A DNA stretch of 64,000 bases from an uncultured delta proteobacterium (GTDB taxonomy: Bacteria; Desulfobacterota; Binatia; UBA9968), in NCBI GenBank assembly GCA_963847445.1, contig CAWJZV010000048.1, forward strand, positions 32,001-96,000, read 5' to 3'. Each line of letters opens with the position of its first letter. The stretch's first letter is position 1. Below, piece by piece: positions 1 through 11,064 of this stretch. The notes beneath the pieces are model-generated. The model made no database searches, had not been told where the DNA came from, and saw only the letters and a list, made by a program, of their open reading frames with translations. The translations under genes and the position numbers were made by a program.

Positions 1-138
1 GATCACACAGCCGCGCCCTTCCTTGACCACCAACGGATAGACACGGCCGTAGGCAGGCGCGGTGCATTTCTCATCGCGCTCGACGATCGCTTTGGCTTTG
101 GGACCGGGAAGCGCTGTTTTGATATCGGGAATTTTCAT
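1..138 (-). CDS. Class III aminotransferase (GABA/acetylornithine-type), N-terminal part; runs off the window
   Basis: Manual translation from ATG at 138 gives MKIPDIKTALPGPKAKAIVERDEKCTAPAYGRVYPLVVKEGRGCVI, a typical class III aminotransferase N-terminus. It lies downstream of the aldehyde dehydrogenase. Confidence 0.75.
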   Translation of the reverse strand, partial: MKIPDIKTALPGPKAKAIVERDEKCTAPAYGRVYPLVVKEGRGCVI

Positions 139-221
139 AATCAATCCGCTTGGGTTAATCGAGTACCAGTGGCGATGGTTCCAATTCGCGGCGTCGATCA
201 CTCCATTTCTCCAATTTCATG

Positions 222-1713
222 CTATTCCGCGTTATCGATCTGTGCCTTCTGCAGTTTGCCCGAGTAGTCGACGTAGATCGACTTCCACTCGGTGAAAATA
301 TCGTACACCGTGGTGCCGGCCTCGCGGTGGCCGTTGCCGGTGTCTTTGACGCCGCCGAATGGCAGATGCACTTCGGCGCCGATGGTCGGACCGTTGATAT
401 AGGTAATGCCGGCCTCGATGTCGCGCATGGCGCGGAACGCGCGCGTCACATCGTTGGTGTAAATCGAGCTCGACAGTCCGTACGCCGTGTCGTTGAGCAC
501 AGCGATGGCTTCCTCGAAGCTGGAGACTTCGATGATCGACAGCACCGGGCCGAAGATTTCTTCCTGGGCGATGCGCATGTTGGGCTTCACCTGGTCGAAG
601 ATCGTCGGCTGAAAAAAGAATCCCTTGGCGCAAGCGCCGCCATCGTAAACCGCGCCACCGGTGCGCAGGCGCGCCCCTTCGCTCTTACCGATCTCAATGT
701 AGCGTAGAACTTTTTCACGCGCGGCTTGATTGATCAGCGGTCCCATCTCGTTGCGCTCATCGAGGCCGTCGCCGATCTTGATTTTCTCCGCCCGCGTTAC
801 CAACGCATCGATAACCTTTTTTGCCACGTCGCGATGGACGATCAGCCGGCTGGTCGCCGTGCAGCGCTGGCCGGTGGTGCCGAAGGCGCCCCATAGCGCG
901 CCTTCGACGGCCAAATCGAGATCGGCATCTTCCATGACGATCTGCGCGTTCTTGCCGCCGAGTTCGAGGGATACGCGTTTGAGATTCTGGCCGCACACCG
1001 AAGCGATCTCGCGACCGACTGCGGCGGAACCGGTGAACGAAACCAACTGCACGTCCTTATGACGCACCAACGCCGCGCCGACATCTTCGCCGCGGCCGTG
1101 TACCAGGTTGACGACGCCCGGCGGCACGCCGGCCTCGCTGAGGATCTCGACGAAGCGGGTTGCCGTGTGCGGCGTGTCCTCGGCCGGTTTGAGAATCACC
1201 GTATTGCCGCAAATCAGCGCGGGAAATAGTTTCCAGGTTGGAATCGCCAGCGGGAAATTCCACGGCGTGATCAGTCGCGCACACGCCGATTGGCGTGCGC
1301 ACCGACATGGCGAATTTGTTGGGCAACTCCGCCGGCGTAGTCTCGCCGAACAGTCGCCGCCCCTCGCCGGCATTGAGAAACGCACAGTCGATGCCTTCTT
1401 GAACATCGCCGCGGGTTTCCTTCAACACCTTGCCCATCTCGCGAGTCTCGATCTGCGCGAGATCTTCCTTGTGTTTTTTTAACAGGTCGCCGACGCGGTA
1501 TAGAATCTCACCGCGCTTGGGCGCCGGCACCAGACGCCAAGCGGCAAAGGCTTTCTTGGCGGCTGCCACGGCAACATCGACATCATCGGCTCCCGAGGCG
1601 GGAAACAATCCGATTAAGTCGTCGGTATTGGCAGGATTACGGTTTTCGAAGGTTTTACCGGAACCGGCCGCCTGCCACTTTCCGTCGATAAAATTTTCGC
1701 ATTGCTGCGCCAT
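222..1713 (-). CDS. Aldehyde dehydrogenase family protein (indel near 1280)
   Basis: Joins ORFs 1057..1815 ([16 protein letters not shown]) and 222..1406 ([30 protein letters not shown]). Confidence 0.93.
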
Positions 1714-1916
1714 AACGAATCTCCTGCAACCACAAGCCTGATCGCTCCGACACGAGCATTCTAAAGGGCCACAACGATGAACACAACGTAAAATTGACCG
1801 GCGGGCCAGATTCAAACCCGGTCCGATCGACAGCGAAGATGTTCTTTACAATTAACCCTAACATTGATATTGACCGACGAACATTTAGCCCCTGTTTGTA
1901 GAGGTTTCGGTTAATT

Positions 1917-3946
1917 ATGGACATGGTCTCCGCGCTGTTTTCCGGACTCGTACAAGTTTTCAACTGGTCGACCTTCAGCTTGATGATGGTTGGCATCGCC
2001 GTCGGTTTCGTCGTCGGCATTCTTCCCGGTCTCGGCGGCCCGACCGCGATGGCGCTGATGCTGCCGTTCGTCTTCAAGATGAACGCGGTCGAAGCCTTCG
2101 CTTTTCTTCTCGGCATGACGGCGGTCACCGCGACCACCGGCGACATTACCTCGGTCTTGTTCGGCGTCCCCGGCGAGCCGACGACCGCGTCGACCATCGT
2201 CGACGGCCACGCCATGTCGCGCAACGGCGAGGCGGGGCGCGCCCTCGGCGCGGTGCTGATGAGTTCTCTGGTCGGCGCAGTCTTTGCCGGCTTCGCGCTT
2301 GGCGCCGCGGTCCCGGTCATCCGGCCCCTGGTGCTCTCCTTCGGTTCACCGGAATTTTTCATGCTGGCGATCCTCGGCATATCGTTCGTCGCGGCATTGA
2401 GCGGTGAAGACCCGTTAAAAGGCATCATCGCCGGCGGCATCGGTTTGATGCTGGCGACCATCGGCCTCGATCCGATCTCGGGCATCCAACGTTACACCTT
2501 CGGCCAACTTTTTCTTTGGGACGGCATCGGCTTAGTGCCGATCACGATCGGCTTCTACGCCATTCCCGAAACCATCGAACTCGCCGTCCTGGGCAGCAGC
2601 ATCGCCAAGAAAGAAGTCGGCGAGCTCGGCGGCGTCATGGAAGGCGTCAAGGATACCTTTCGCCATTTTTGGCTGGTGATTCGCTGCAGCGCTCTCGGCA
2701 CGGTCATCGCGATCATTCCCGGCATGGGCGCGGCGACTACTCAGTGGCTCGCCTACGCCCACGCGGTGCAAAGCTCGCCGAACAAAGAACGCTTCGGCAA
2801 AGGCGACGTGCGCGGCGTGTTGGGACCCGGCGCGGCGAATAATTCGACCCTCGGCGGCAGCTTGATCACGACCATCGCCTTCGGCGTCCCCGCCAGCGTG
2901 GTCATGGCGATCCTGCTCGGCGCCTTCATCATTCAAGGCATCGTCCCCGGCCCCGACATGCTGCTGCCGCCGCCCAAGGGCAAACTCGACCTGACCTTTT
3001 CGTTTGTCTGGGTCATCATCATCTCCAACATCATCACGGTGGCGATTTGCTTTCTCTTCCTAAAGCCGCTGGCGAAAGTCACCCAGGTGCGCGGCGGCAT
3101 CATCATCCCGATCATCCTCGTGTTGATTTATCTTGGCGCATTCGCCGAAAAAAACGCTTTCGAAGATATGGTGATCTGTTCTGGCTTTCGGTGCCCTCGG
3201 CTGGATCATGGAGAAACTCGATTGGCCGCGGCCGCCGGTGCTGTTAGGACTGGTGCTCGGACCGCTGTCGGAAAACCGTTTGTTCCTGTCGACGGATAAT
3301 TACGGCTTGGCGTGGACCCACCGTCCGGGAGTCATCGGCATATTTATCGTGACGTTGATCGGGATTTTTTATCCGATGTATAAGAACCGCAGGGAAGCGC
3401 GAGCAAGAGCGTCGGCGCCAGGCAACGGCAATGGATTAGCGGACACACCGCGGCATGGCGGGCTGCAATTCGGCAACGCAACGATGTTCACTGGCGCGCT
3501 GATCCTGATACTCGCACTGGCGCTCTGGCAGAGCCGCAACTTCGGTTACCGCGCCGGCCTGTTTCCCTGGGTCATCGGCATACCGACGTTTGTCCTTTGT
3601 TTCTTGCAGTTGGCGCGAGATCTGCGCGGCACACATAAAAAGGCCGCGGCACACCTCGGTGAAGAACCCGAGGTTGAAATCACCCGGGAAGTGGTCAGTC
3701 AAAGAACCATCGCGGTGATCGCCTGGACCCTCGGCTTTTTCGTCGCCATCTGGCTCCTGGGCTTTTCCATCGCCGTGCCGCTGATGATCCTGTTGTATTT
3801 GAAAATAGCCGGCAAAGAGAGCTGGCTGATGACGGCGCAGGTAACCTTTTTCTCCTGGCTGTTTTACTGGGGATTATTCGAAAAGCTACTGAACGTGCCG
3901 TTCCCCGAAGGGCTCTTGATCGGTCTGCTTCAAAGGCGGGCAGTAG
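1917..3946 (+). CDS. tctA: Tripartite tricarboxylate transporter TctA permease fused to a C-terminal TctB-like domain (indel near 3180; end approximate)
   Basis: TctA motifs GILPGLG, VPGEP, GPGAANNS, GIVPGP. ORF 3208..4041 carries the TctA C-terminus (PVLLGLVLGPL) and continues without a stop into a TctB-like 4-TM region (FPWVIG ... LFEKLLNVPFPEG). Confidence 0.85.
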
Positions 3947-3963
3947 GGATGATCGAGATCGGA

Positions 3964-4041
3964 AATCAGATGACGGAGGTCAGAATTCCCATCCAATGCG
4001 GGTTCCGCTCTGACATCCGACCTCTGAATTCCGATCTCTGA
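3964..4041. repeat. Imperfect intergenic palindrome with TCAGA/TCTGA unit arms
   Basis: atcagatgacggaggtcaga ... tctgacatccgacctctga, between convergent genes. Confidence 0.55.
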
Positions 4042-4053
4042 CTCGTCAATCGA

Positions 4054-6348
4054 TCATTTCGCGCGCGCCGCCAAGCCGCGCCAAACTTTCTCCGGCGTTA
4101 GCGGCAAGTCGTACATGCGCAATCCGGTGGCGCGATAAACCGCATTGCCGATGGCCGCAGCCACCGGCATTAAACCGCCCTCGCCTGTGCCCTTGGCACC
4201 GAACGGCCCCGGTCCATTGTGACTCTCGACCAGAATGGTTTCGAAATCCTTGGGCAAGCTATTGAAACTCGGCACGCGGTAGTCGACCAGGTTGGGGTTT
4301 AGCAGCTGGCCATCCTTATAGACCATCTCTTCCATCAGACTATGGCCGATGGCGTTCATGACGCCGCCTTCGTCCTGGCCCTCGCACAACACCGGATGAA
4401 TCGCCCGGCCGACATCGGCTAAGGAAACATACTTGAGCAACTTGATCTCGCCGGTGTCGCGATCGACTTCCACTTCCGCCGCGCCCCAGGCGATCTCCCA
4501 GAAATTGGTCGGCGAGCCCAGAGCAGCTTTGGCGCTCTTGAGCGACTGATAGGCGCCGTGGCCGACGAGCTCGCCGGAACGCGACAAGAAAATTTTCTGC
4601 ATCAGCTCGACAAATGACAGAGTTTGATTCTTCGGCCCGACAATCTTGCCGCCGCTGAGCTGCAACTGTGCCGCTTTGGTTTTGAGAATCTTGGCGGCAT
4701 GGCGGACAATCTGCCGCTTCAAATCCTGCGCCGCGCGCTGCACCGACAAGCCCATCACGACCATCGAGCTGCTGGCGTTGGTATTGACATCGTAGGGCGT
4801 GATCTCGGTATCCAGTTGCGCCACGGTGACGGCTTCGAAAGGAATACCCAACTCCTCGGCGCACACTTGGCTCAACGCCGTGCGCGCCCCCTGGCCGACT
4901 TCGACGGTGCCGGTAAGCAGCACGACGCTGCCGTCGGCATTCATCTTCACCGCCGCCGACGAGACTTTGTAGGTGCCGCCGCCGTCTTTCATGCACACCG
5001 CCAGGCCGCGGCCGCGATTGGGTTTGGTAATCTTTTGCTTCCAGCCGATTTCCTCGGCGGCTTGCAGCAGACCCGCTTTGAGATCGCAGTCCACCGGCGT
5101 ATCCCCCGGCGTGTACAGGTCGCCTTTCTTGAGCAGATTCTTGATGCGGAATTCGAGGGCATCGAAGCCCAACTTGTCGGCGATGATATCCATCTGCGAC
5201 TCATAAGCCCAGGTCACTTGCAGCGTGCCGAAACCGCGGTAGGCGCCCGCCGGCACGGTATTCGTATAAATGGTGTACGCGTCGGTCTTCATATGCGGGA
5301 TGCGATAAGGCCCGAAGCAGCGATAGCCCGCCTTCTGCGTCACCCGCGGACCGGCGTCGGCATAGGCGCCGGTTTCCATGTGGATCAGACATTGGCGCGC
5401 CACCAGTTTGCCATCCTTGTTCACGCCGGTCTTAATCCGCACCCGCGCCGGATGGCGCGTGACGGTCTTGAAACTCTCTTCGATCGTATGGGCCAAACGC
5501 ACCGGCCGCTTGGCCTTCCACGACAACACCGCGGCCAACGGCTCGGTCTTCACCGCCAGTTTGCCGCCATAGCCGCCGCCGACGTAGGGCACGATGACGC
5601 GAATCTTGCTCTGCGGCAGATGAAAAATATCCGCCAGATGTTCGCGCAGCGTGAACGGCTCCTGAGTGCCGGCCCAGAGCGTCAAGCGGTCGCCGGCGAA
5701 ATCGGCCACGGTCGCATGCGGCTCCATGGAGAAATGCTGCACCCGCGGAAAGGTAAAAGTGTTTTCAAAAACATGATCGGCATTTTTAAAGCCGGCCTCG
5801 ACATCGCCGTTGGCATAACTGAAACGATAGCAAAAATTACTGCCGCTGAATTCTTTCGGCGTTTCGTAGCGCTGCCCCATGAGCTCGCCGCCGCTGGCCG
5901 GCGCCTCGTGCACCAGCGGCGCGTTTGCCGCCAGGGCCTCATCGATACTGGTCACCGCGGGCAAATCTTCGTACTCGACTTCGATCAGTTCCAAGGCTCG
6001 CGCCGCCGTCGCTTCGTCGACCGCCGCCACCGCCGCCACCGGATCGCCGGCGTAGCGCACTTTGTCGACGGCAACGATGGTTTGATCTTTGTAAGCGGCG
6101 CCGAACATGCGCAGTCTTTTTTGATCTTCGCGCGTGATTACGGCGAGCACTCCCGGCAACATTTCAGCTTTGCTGCCATCGACGCGCACCAGCCGCGCAT
6201 GGGCGTAGGGACTGCGCAGGATCTTGCCATGGGCCATGCCGGGCAGATCGACATCGACGGTATAAAGCGCTTTGCCGGTTACTTTCTCGGCGCCGTCGTT
6301 GCGCAGTTCCGCTTTGCCGATGACCTTGTAGGATTGGGCTTTTTTCAT
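4054..6348 (-). CDS. Xanthine dehydrogenase family molybdopterin-binding (large) subunit
   Basis: Intact 764 aa ORF with RSPYAHA, VGGGYGGK, AYRGFG, EVGQG and GAKGTGEGG motifs. Confidence 0.93.
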   Translation of the reverse strand: MKKAQSYKVIGKAELRNDGAEKVTGKALYTVDVDLPGMAHGKILRSPYAHARLVRVDGSKAEMLPGVLAVITREDQKRLRMFGAAYKDQTIVAVDKVRYAGDPVAAVAAVDEATAARALELIEVEYEDLPAVTSIDEALAANAPLVHEAPASGGELMGQRYETPKEFSGSNFCYRFSYANGDVEAGFKNADHVFENTFTFPRVQHFSMEPHATVADFAGDRLTLWAGTQEPFTLREHLADIFHLPQSKIRVIVPYVGGGYGGKLAVKTEPLAAVLSWKAKRPVRLAHTIEESFKTVTRHPARVRIKTGVNKDGKLVARQCLIHMETGAYADAGPRVTQKAGYRCFGPYRIPHMKTDAYTIYTNTVPAGAYRGFGTLQVTWAYESQMDIIADKLGFDALEFRIKNLLKKGDLYTPGDTPVDCDLKAGLLQAAEEIGWKQKITKPNRGRGLAVCMKDGGGTYKVSSAAVKMNADGSVVLLTGTVEVGQGARTALSQVCAEELGIPFEAVTVAQLDTEITPYDVNTNASSSMVVMGLSVQRAAQDLKRQIVRHAAKILKTKAAQLQLSGGKIVGPKNQTLSFVELMQKIFLSRSGELVGHGAYQSLKSAKAALGSPTNFWEIAWGAAEVEVDRDTGEIKLLKYVSLADVGRAIHPVLCEGQDEGGVMNAIGHSLMEEMVYKDGQLLNPNLVDYRVPSFNSLPKDFETILVESHNGPGPFGAKGTGEGGLMPVAAAIGNAVYRATGLRMYDLPLTPEKVWRGLAARAK

Positions 6349-6357
6349 CCACCGACC

Positions 6358-7665
6358 TCAGTTGCTAAACTTTGTCTTGATCCATTCGATCGCGTCGTCG
6401 CGGCTGTGCAATTCGCCGCCCAACTGCGCATCTTCGACCTGGCGCAAGATTTCCTTGAATTGCGGCCCCGGATTGAATCCCAGTTCGATCAAGTCGCCGC
6501 CGCGCACCAGCGGTTCGGGACGAATCTCTTCGTCCTTCAACTCGCCGCGACGCTCTTGGCAGAAGCGATAATAACTCAAGTCGCCATTGGACGACAACGC
6601 GTCGATGCGCGCCAACTCAAGCAACTCATCGATGCCGTCCTCGCGCAGAAAACGCTTCAACGTGCTCAAGCGCATCTGCGGCGCCTGCACCTGGCGCAGG
6701 TGATTGCGCACCAGATAGGCAACTCGCTCCCACACCGCGCGGCCGCGCTTGAGCCTTTTAAGAATTTCCTCGGCCATCTCAGCGCCCTGTTCGGTGTGGC
6801 CGTAAAAAGTGATGCGCTGCGCTTCCTGGCGAATACAGAGAGGCTTGGCGACGTCATGGAGCAGACAACCGTAAGCCAAAGTTTCGCTAGGATTTTCCAA
6901 ATGGCTGAGTAGCAGCATGGTATGCGTGAATACATCGCCCTCGGGATGAAAGTCTGGCGTCTGCGCGGTGCCCTTCATGGCGACGATCTCCGGCAAGATA
7001 ATTTTCAGCAAACCGCTTTCGTCCAACAGCTCAAAGCCGCGCCTGGCGCCGCCTTCGGTCAAGATGCGGGTAATTTCCTCGCCGATCCGTTCCCCGGAAA
7101 TCACTGCGATGCTGGGCGCCAAGTTTTGTATCGCGGCAAATGTCGGCGGGTCGATAGCGAATTTCAGACTGGCGGCAAACCGCACCGCGCGGATCATGCG
7201 CAAGCGGTCTTCCTCCAGGCGCGCTTGGGGGTCGCCGATGGCGCGAACCAAGCCGCGCCGAAGATCCTCTTGCCCGCCGACCAAATCGATGACTCGATCT
7301 GCGATCGGATCGTAGACCATGCCGTTGATGGTAAAGTCGCGCCGGTGAATGTCCTCCTCCAAAGTACCGTAACGCACCGCACTCGGCCGGCGGCCATCGA
7401 GATACGGGCCGTCATGACGGAAACTCGCCACCTCATACGGCGCGCCGTCGAGCATCACCACGATCACGCCAAATTGCGCTCCCACCGGTATCGTGTTGGG
7501 AAAAATGCGCTGGATGTCTTCAGGCCGGGCGCTGGTCGCGATGTCGTAGTCCTGCGGCTCTTTGGCGAGCAGCATATCGCGCACGCAGCCGCCGGCGAGA
7601 AGGCACTCGTAGCCTTCCGTACGCAAACGCTGGACAATCGAGATCGCTTGGGCGCGGGTCGACAC
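6358..7665 (-). CDS. cca: CCA tRNA nucleotidyltransferase with HD domain
   Basis: GGCVRD, DYDIAT, DGRRP loop, RRDFTIN, EDRLRMIRAVRF, HPEGDVFTH and LLHDVAKP motifs. Confidence 0.9.
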   Translation of the reverse strand: MSTRAQAISIVQRLRTEGYECLLAGGCVRDMLLAKEPQDYDIATSARPEDIQRIFPNTIPVGAQFGVIVVMLDGAPYEVASFRHDGPYLDGRRPSAVRYGTLEEDIHRRDFTINGMVYDPIADRVIDLVGGQEDLRRGLVRAIGDPQARLEEDRLRMIRAVRFAASLKFAIDPPTFAAIQNLAPSIAVISGERIGEEITRILTEGGARRGFELLDESGLLKIILPEIVAMKGTAQTPDFHPEGDVFTHTMLLLSHLENPSETLAYGCLLHDVAKPLCIRQEAQRITFYGHTEQGAEMAEEILKRLKRGRAVWERVAYLVRNHLRQVQAPQMRLSTLKRFLREDGIDELLELARIDALSSNGDLSYYRFCQERRGELKDEEIRPEPLVRGGDLIELGFNPGPQFKEILRQVEDAQLGGELHSRDDAIEWIKTKFSN

Positions 7666-7735
7666 TGCTATACCGTTCCGACTGAGATAGTAATTCTAAA
7701 TAATCAAACGACCGACTCTAACCGGCGATCACCGG

Positions 7736-8122
7736 TTAGGGGGAGAAGGTGACATCGACGGCAGGGATCAGTTCCTTTACCTTTCCTTGCAGCTCTTGAA
7801 AAGTAAAGGGCTTGACGATGTAACTGCTGCATCCGGAAGCCATACAGTTTTGCAAATCGGCGTCGCGAAACAACGCCGTCGCCGCCAGAATTGGAATATC
7901 CTTGGTCGCCGCGTTGGCTTTGAGCTCGCGCGCCGCTTCCCAGCCATCCATGCCTGGCATCATGATGTCCAAAATAATCAGGCGGGGATTCTCCGACTGA
8001 GCCTTTTGCAACCCTTCGCGCCCCTGCTTTGCGGTGACCGCGGCATAACCCATCAACTCGATTTGCCAAGTGAGCAACTCGCGCATATCGGCGTGGTCTT
8101 CGATGATCAGGATTTTATTCAT
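7736..8122 (-). CDS. Single-domain response regulator (CheY/DivK-like)
   Basis: ILIIEDH, LDIMMPGMDG, ATA and YIVKPF motifs. Confidence 0.9.
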   Translation of the reverse strand: MNKILIIEDHADMRELLTWQIELMGYAAVTAKQGREGLQKAQSENPRLIILDIMMPGMDGWEAARELKANAATKDIPILAATALFRDADLQNCMASGCSSYIVKPFTFQELQGKVKELIPAVDVTFSP

Positions 8123-8325
8123 GGTTGTGGAATCAATTATAACTGCGACACAGTTCAAAGCAAGCACAACCCATGCCGCTTAATCAGCGCCGGACCAGCT
8201 TTAAATAACTGTATTACGAAGAGAATTGGCCCCGAATATAGTCCAAAGGTAGCCATTCGGGTCACCGTCAGCAAAATTGACAGCCGCCGCCGCCAACTGG
8301 CAGATGGTTCCGGTTAATTTGGCAC

Positions 8326-9645
8326 CTATTGCACGGTGATTTTCTGTTGGTTACCAACAACGACCGTAATAAAGTTTTCCGGGCTTAGGTGCGTACGCGC
8401 CACCCGCTGAATATCGGCACGGCTGACCTTGCGGATGAGTTCGCCATAGCGATCGGGATAATCAAGGCCAAGTTCATAATACTCGACCTGGCCCAAAAAC
8501 CCGGCAATTTTGCCATTGGTATCGAAACGTAAAGGGAAGCTACCGATTAGATAATCCTTGGCGTCGCTCAGTTCGACCTCACTTACCAGCTCCTCACGCA
8601 TGCGCCGAATCTCCTCACGGGCCAAGCGTATCGCTTCTTGCGCGCTCTCGTTCTTGGTCTGCATGACGAATTGAAAGCTGCCATGGCTTTTCTCAGCAGC
8701 GAAATGACTGTAGACGGAATAGGCCAAGCCGCGCTCGTTGCGGATCGAGTCCATCGCCCGCGACGAAAACCCGCCGCCGCCGAGTATGTAGTTCATCACC
8801 TGGATCGCGTAGTAGTCAGGATGGCCCCGCGGCACCCCGCCATGACCGAGGATGATATTGGCTTGCGTCAGATCCTTGTTGACCCGCAGGATTTTCGCAA
8901 CATCGCTCTGCACCGGCGCCGTCGGTGCTTTACTCGGTTCTCCTTTGGACCAGTTCTTGAGTACTTGGTTGAGCGCCGCGCTAATCTCCTGCTCGGAAAC
9001 ATCGCCGACCACCGACATGATCGTCCGGTTGGGACGATAGTAGCGCTTAAAAAATTCTTGCACCCGTTGCCGATCCAGCCGTTTTACCGAAGCTTCCGTC
9101 CCCTCCACCGGCCGGCCATAAGCGCTGCCGGGAAACAATGCCGCGGCAAACACATCGCCCGCCACGGTGCCGGGATCTTCTGCTTTGGCCTTGATCGAGG
9201 CAATGATCGCTTGCTTTTGCCGGTCGATTTCCGCCGGCGGAAAGCTCGCACCGGTGAGGATTTCGGCGAGTAACTGCAAACCAACGCCCAGGTCCTTCTT
9301 GAGTATCGTCAAGCTCATCGTCGCCAAGTCGTCGCCGCAGCCGGTATCGAGACCGGCGCCGATGAAATCCAACGTCTCGCTGATCTGCAGAGCGCTTCGC
9401 TTGGCCGTGCCGTCGGTCAAAAGTTGCGAGGTTAGATGAGCCAGGCCGGTATGTTCCGCGCTCTCATGGCGCGCGCCGGCATCGATCAACAACTCGATGG
9501 CAACCGTCGGCAAAGCCCGCTGCTCGGAGGTCAGCAACACCAGGCCGTTAGCGAGCACGGTGCGTTTCGGCACCATCGCGGCATGTGCCGGCATGCCCTG
9601 CGTCAACAAACTGAACAAAAAAAGACCGATCAATCCACGCATCAT
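8326..9645 (-). CDS. M16 family peptidase, non-catalytic partner subunit
   Basis: Signal peptide, LANGL, degenerate GLAHLTSQ (no HxxEH) and RNERGLAY. Confidence 0.88.
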   Translation of the reverse strand: MMRGLIGLFLFSLLTQGMPAHAAMVPKRTVLANGLVLLTSEQRALPTVAIELLIDAGARHESAEHTGLAHLTSQLLTDGTAKRSALQISETLDFIGAGLDTGCGDDLATMSLTILKKDLGVGLQLLAEILTGASFPPAEIDRQKQAIIASIKAKAEDPGTVAGDVFAAALFPGSAYGRPVEGTEASVKRLDRQRVQEFFKRYYRPNRTIMSVVGDVSEQEISAALNQVLKNWSKGEPSKAPTAPVQSDVAKILRVNKDLTQANIILGHGGVPRGHPDYYAIQVMNYILGGGGFSSRAMDSIRNERGLAYSVYSHFAAEKSHGSFQFVMQTKNESAQEAIRLAREEIRRMREELVSEVELSDAKDYLIGSFPLRFDTNGKIAGFLGQVEYYELGLDYPDRYGELIRKVSRADIQRVARTHLSPENFITVVVGNQQKITVQ

Positions 9646-10971
9646 TAGTTATTCGCTTTAGTCGGAATCAAGGTGCCAACCGTACGGTTGTCCCGTTGGA
9701 GATATTTCTGCGCCACACGGCGAAGATCTTCCCGAGTGACTTTACGCATATTGTCGAGATAACTATCGACCAAGCGCCAGCCACCGACCATTTCGTAGTA
9801 ACCGACCTTCATCGCCTGGCCGAAGATCGAGTCTTGGGCGAAGATAAAGGCCGCTTCGATTTGATTTTTGGCTTTCTGCAATTCGCGTTCGCTCACCAAC
9901 GCGACTTTAACCTTGTCGAGCGAGCGGTCAATTTGCTGCTCGACATTGGCCAGCTCAGCGCCGGGCAACAGTTGCGCGGAAATTGAAAACCCCGTGGCGT
10001 CCATGGACACCGCGCTGTAGTCGGCATCGATGCCGCGCACCAAGCGTTTTTGGTACACCAGCTCTTGATACAAACGCGAACTCTTGCCGCCGGCCAACAC
10101 GATTGACAGCAGATCCAGCGCAAAACTGTCGGGGCTATGGAGGTTGGGCGCGTGATGAAACAGCATCAGCATCGGCAGTTCGGCCTCTTTTTTCAGCGTC
10201 ACGCGTTTTTCACCGCGCTGGGACGGCTCGACCAGCGTCAGCTTTGGCGGTGCGGAGCCGCGCGGAATCTTGCCGTAGGCGGCTTTGATCTTGGCCAGCA
10301 TTTCGTCCGAATCGAAGTCGCCGACCATGACGATCACCGCGTTGTTGGGCGCATAGTAAAGTTTGTAAAAATCCACCAAGTCCTGGCGCGTCAGGCTTTG
10401 AATATCCTCCATCCAGCCGACCACGGGACGGCGATAAGGATGAATGGTGTAAGCCACCGATGCGGCGATCTCATAAAGCGCCGAACCGGGATTGTCGTCG
10501 GTGCGCAAGCGGCGCTCTTCTTGAATCACTTTCTTTTCCGGCTCGAAGTAAGTGTCGCCCAACAGCGCATTGGCCATGCGGTCAGCTTCCAGTTCGAGCT
10601 GAATATGAATCTTGTCCCGGCTCATGGTCGCGAAATAGACCGTCATGTCCGAACGTCGTAAAAGCGTTGGACCGGCCGCCGTTCTTGGCGATGATCCGCG
10701 AGTACTCTTCCGGCGCCGTCGTCGGCGTGCCCTTGAACAGCATATGCTCGAGAAAATGCGCCAAGCCGCTTTTGCCATCTTTTTCATTGCGCCCGCCGAC
10801 CCGGTACCACACTTGAAACGTCACCGCCGGACTCTTGTGATCTTCCAAGAGCAGCACTTTCAAACCGTTGTCGAGGATGAATTCTTGGACTTGCGCGGCG
10901 TAGAAGCGGCGGCGAATGAGTGAAGCAAGAACAAAGCGATCAAGCAGCGTGAATCGACGAAGCCAAATCAT
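9645..10971 (-). CDS. M16 family zinc peptidase, catalytic subunit (indel near 10650)
   Basis: LDNGL, GLAHFLEHMLFKGT (HxxEH), NAFT, EERRLR and YAPNNA, split across ORFs 10582..11028 and 9645..10787. Confidence 0.9.
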
Positions 10972-11064
10972 GCTGACAAAGCTAAAGGATGAGGTCTCAA
11001 AGTCAAGCGAATCGTGAAGAGGCCGCAAGCGGATTCGCTTCGCAGCGGAATTCCCGACACTCCA

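Noticed and set aside
4624-6912. 762 aa plus-strand ORF, and similar long antisense ORFs (23275..24504, 36126..36971, 52843..53808, 55672..56721)
   Set aside because: They are shadows of well-supported genes on the opposite strand in GC-rich DNA and carry no recognisable motifs.
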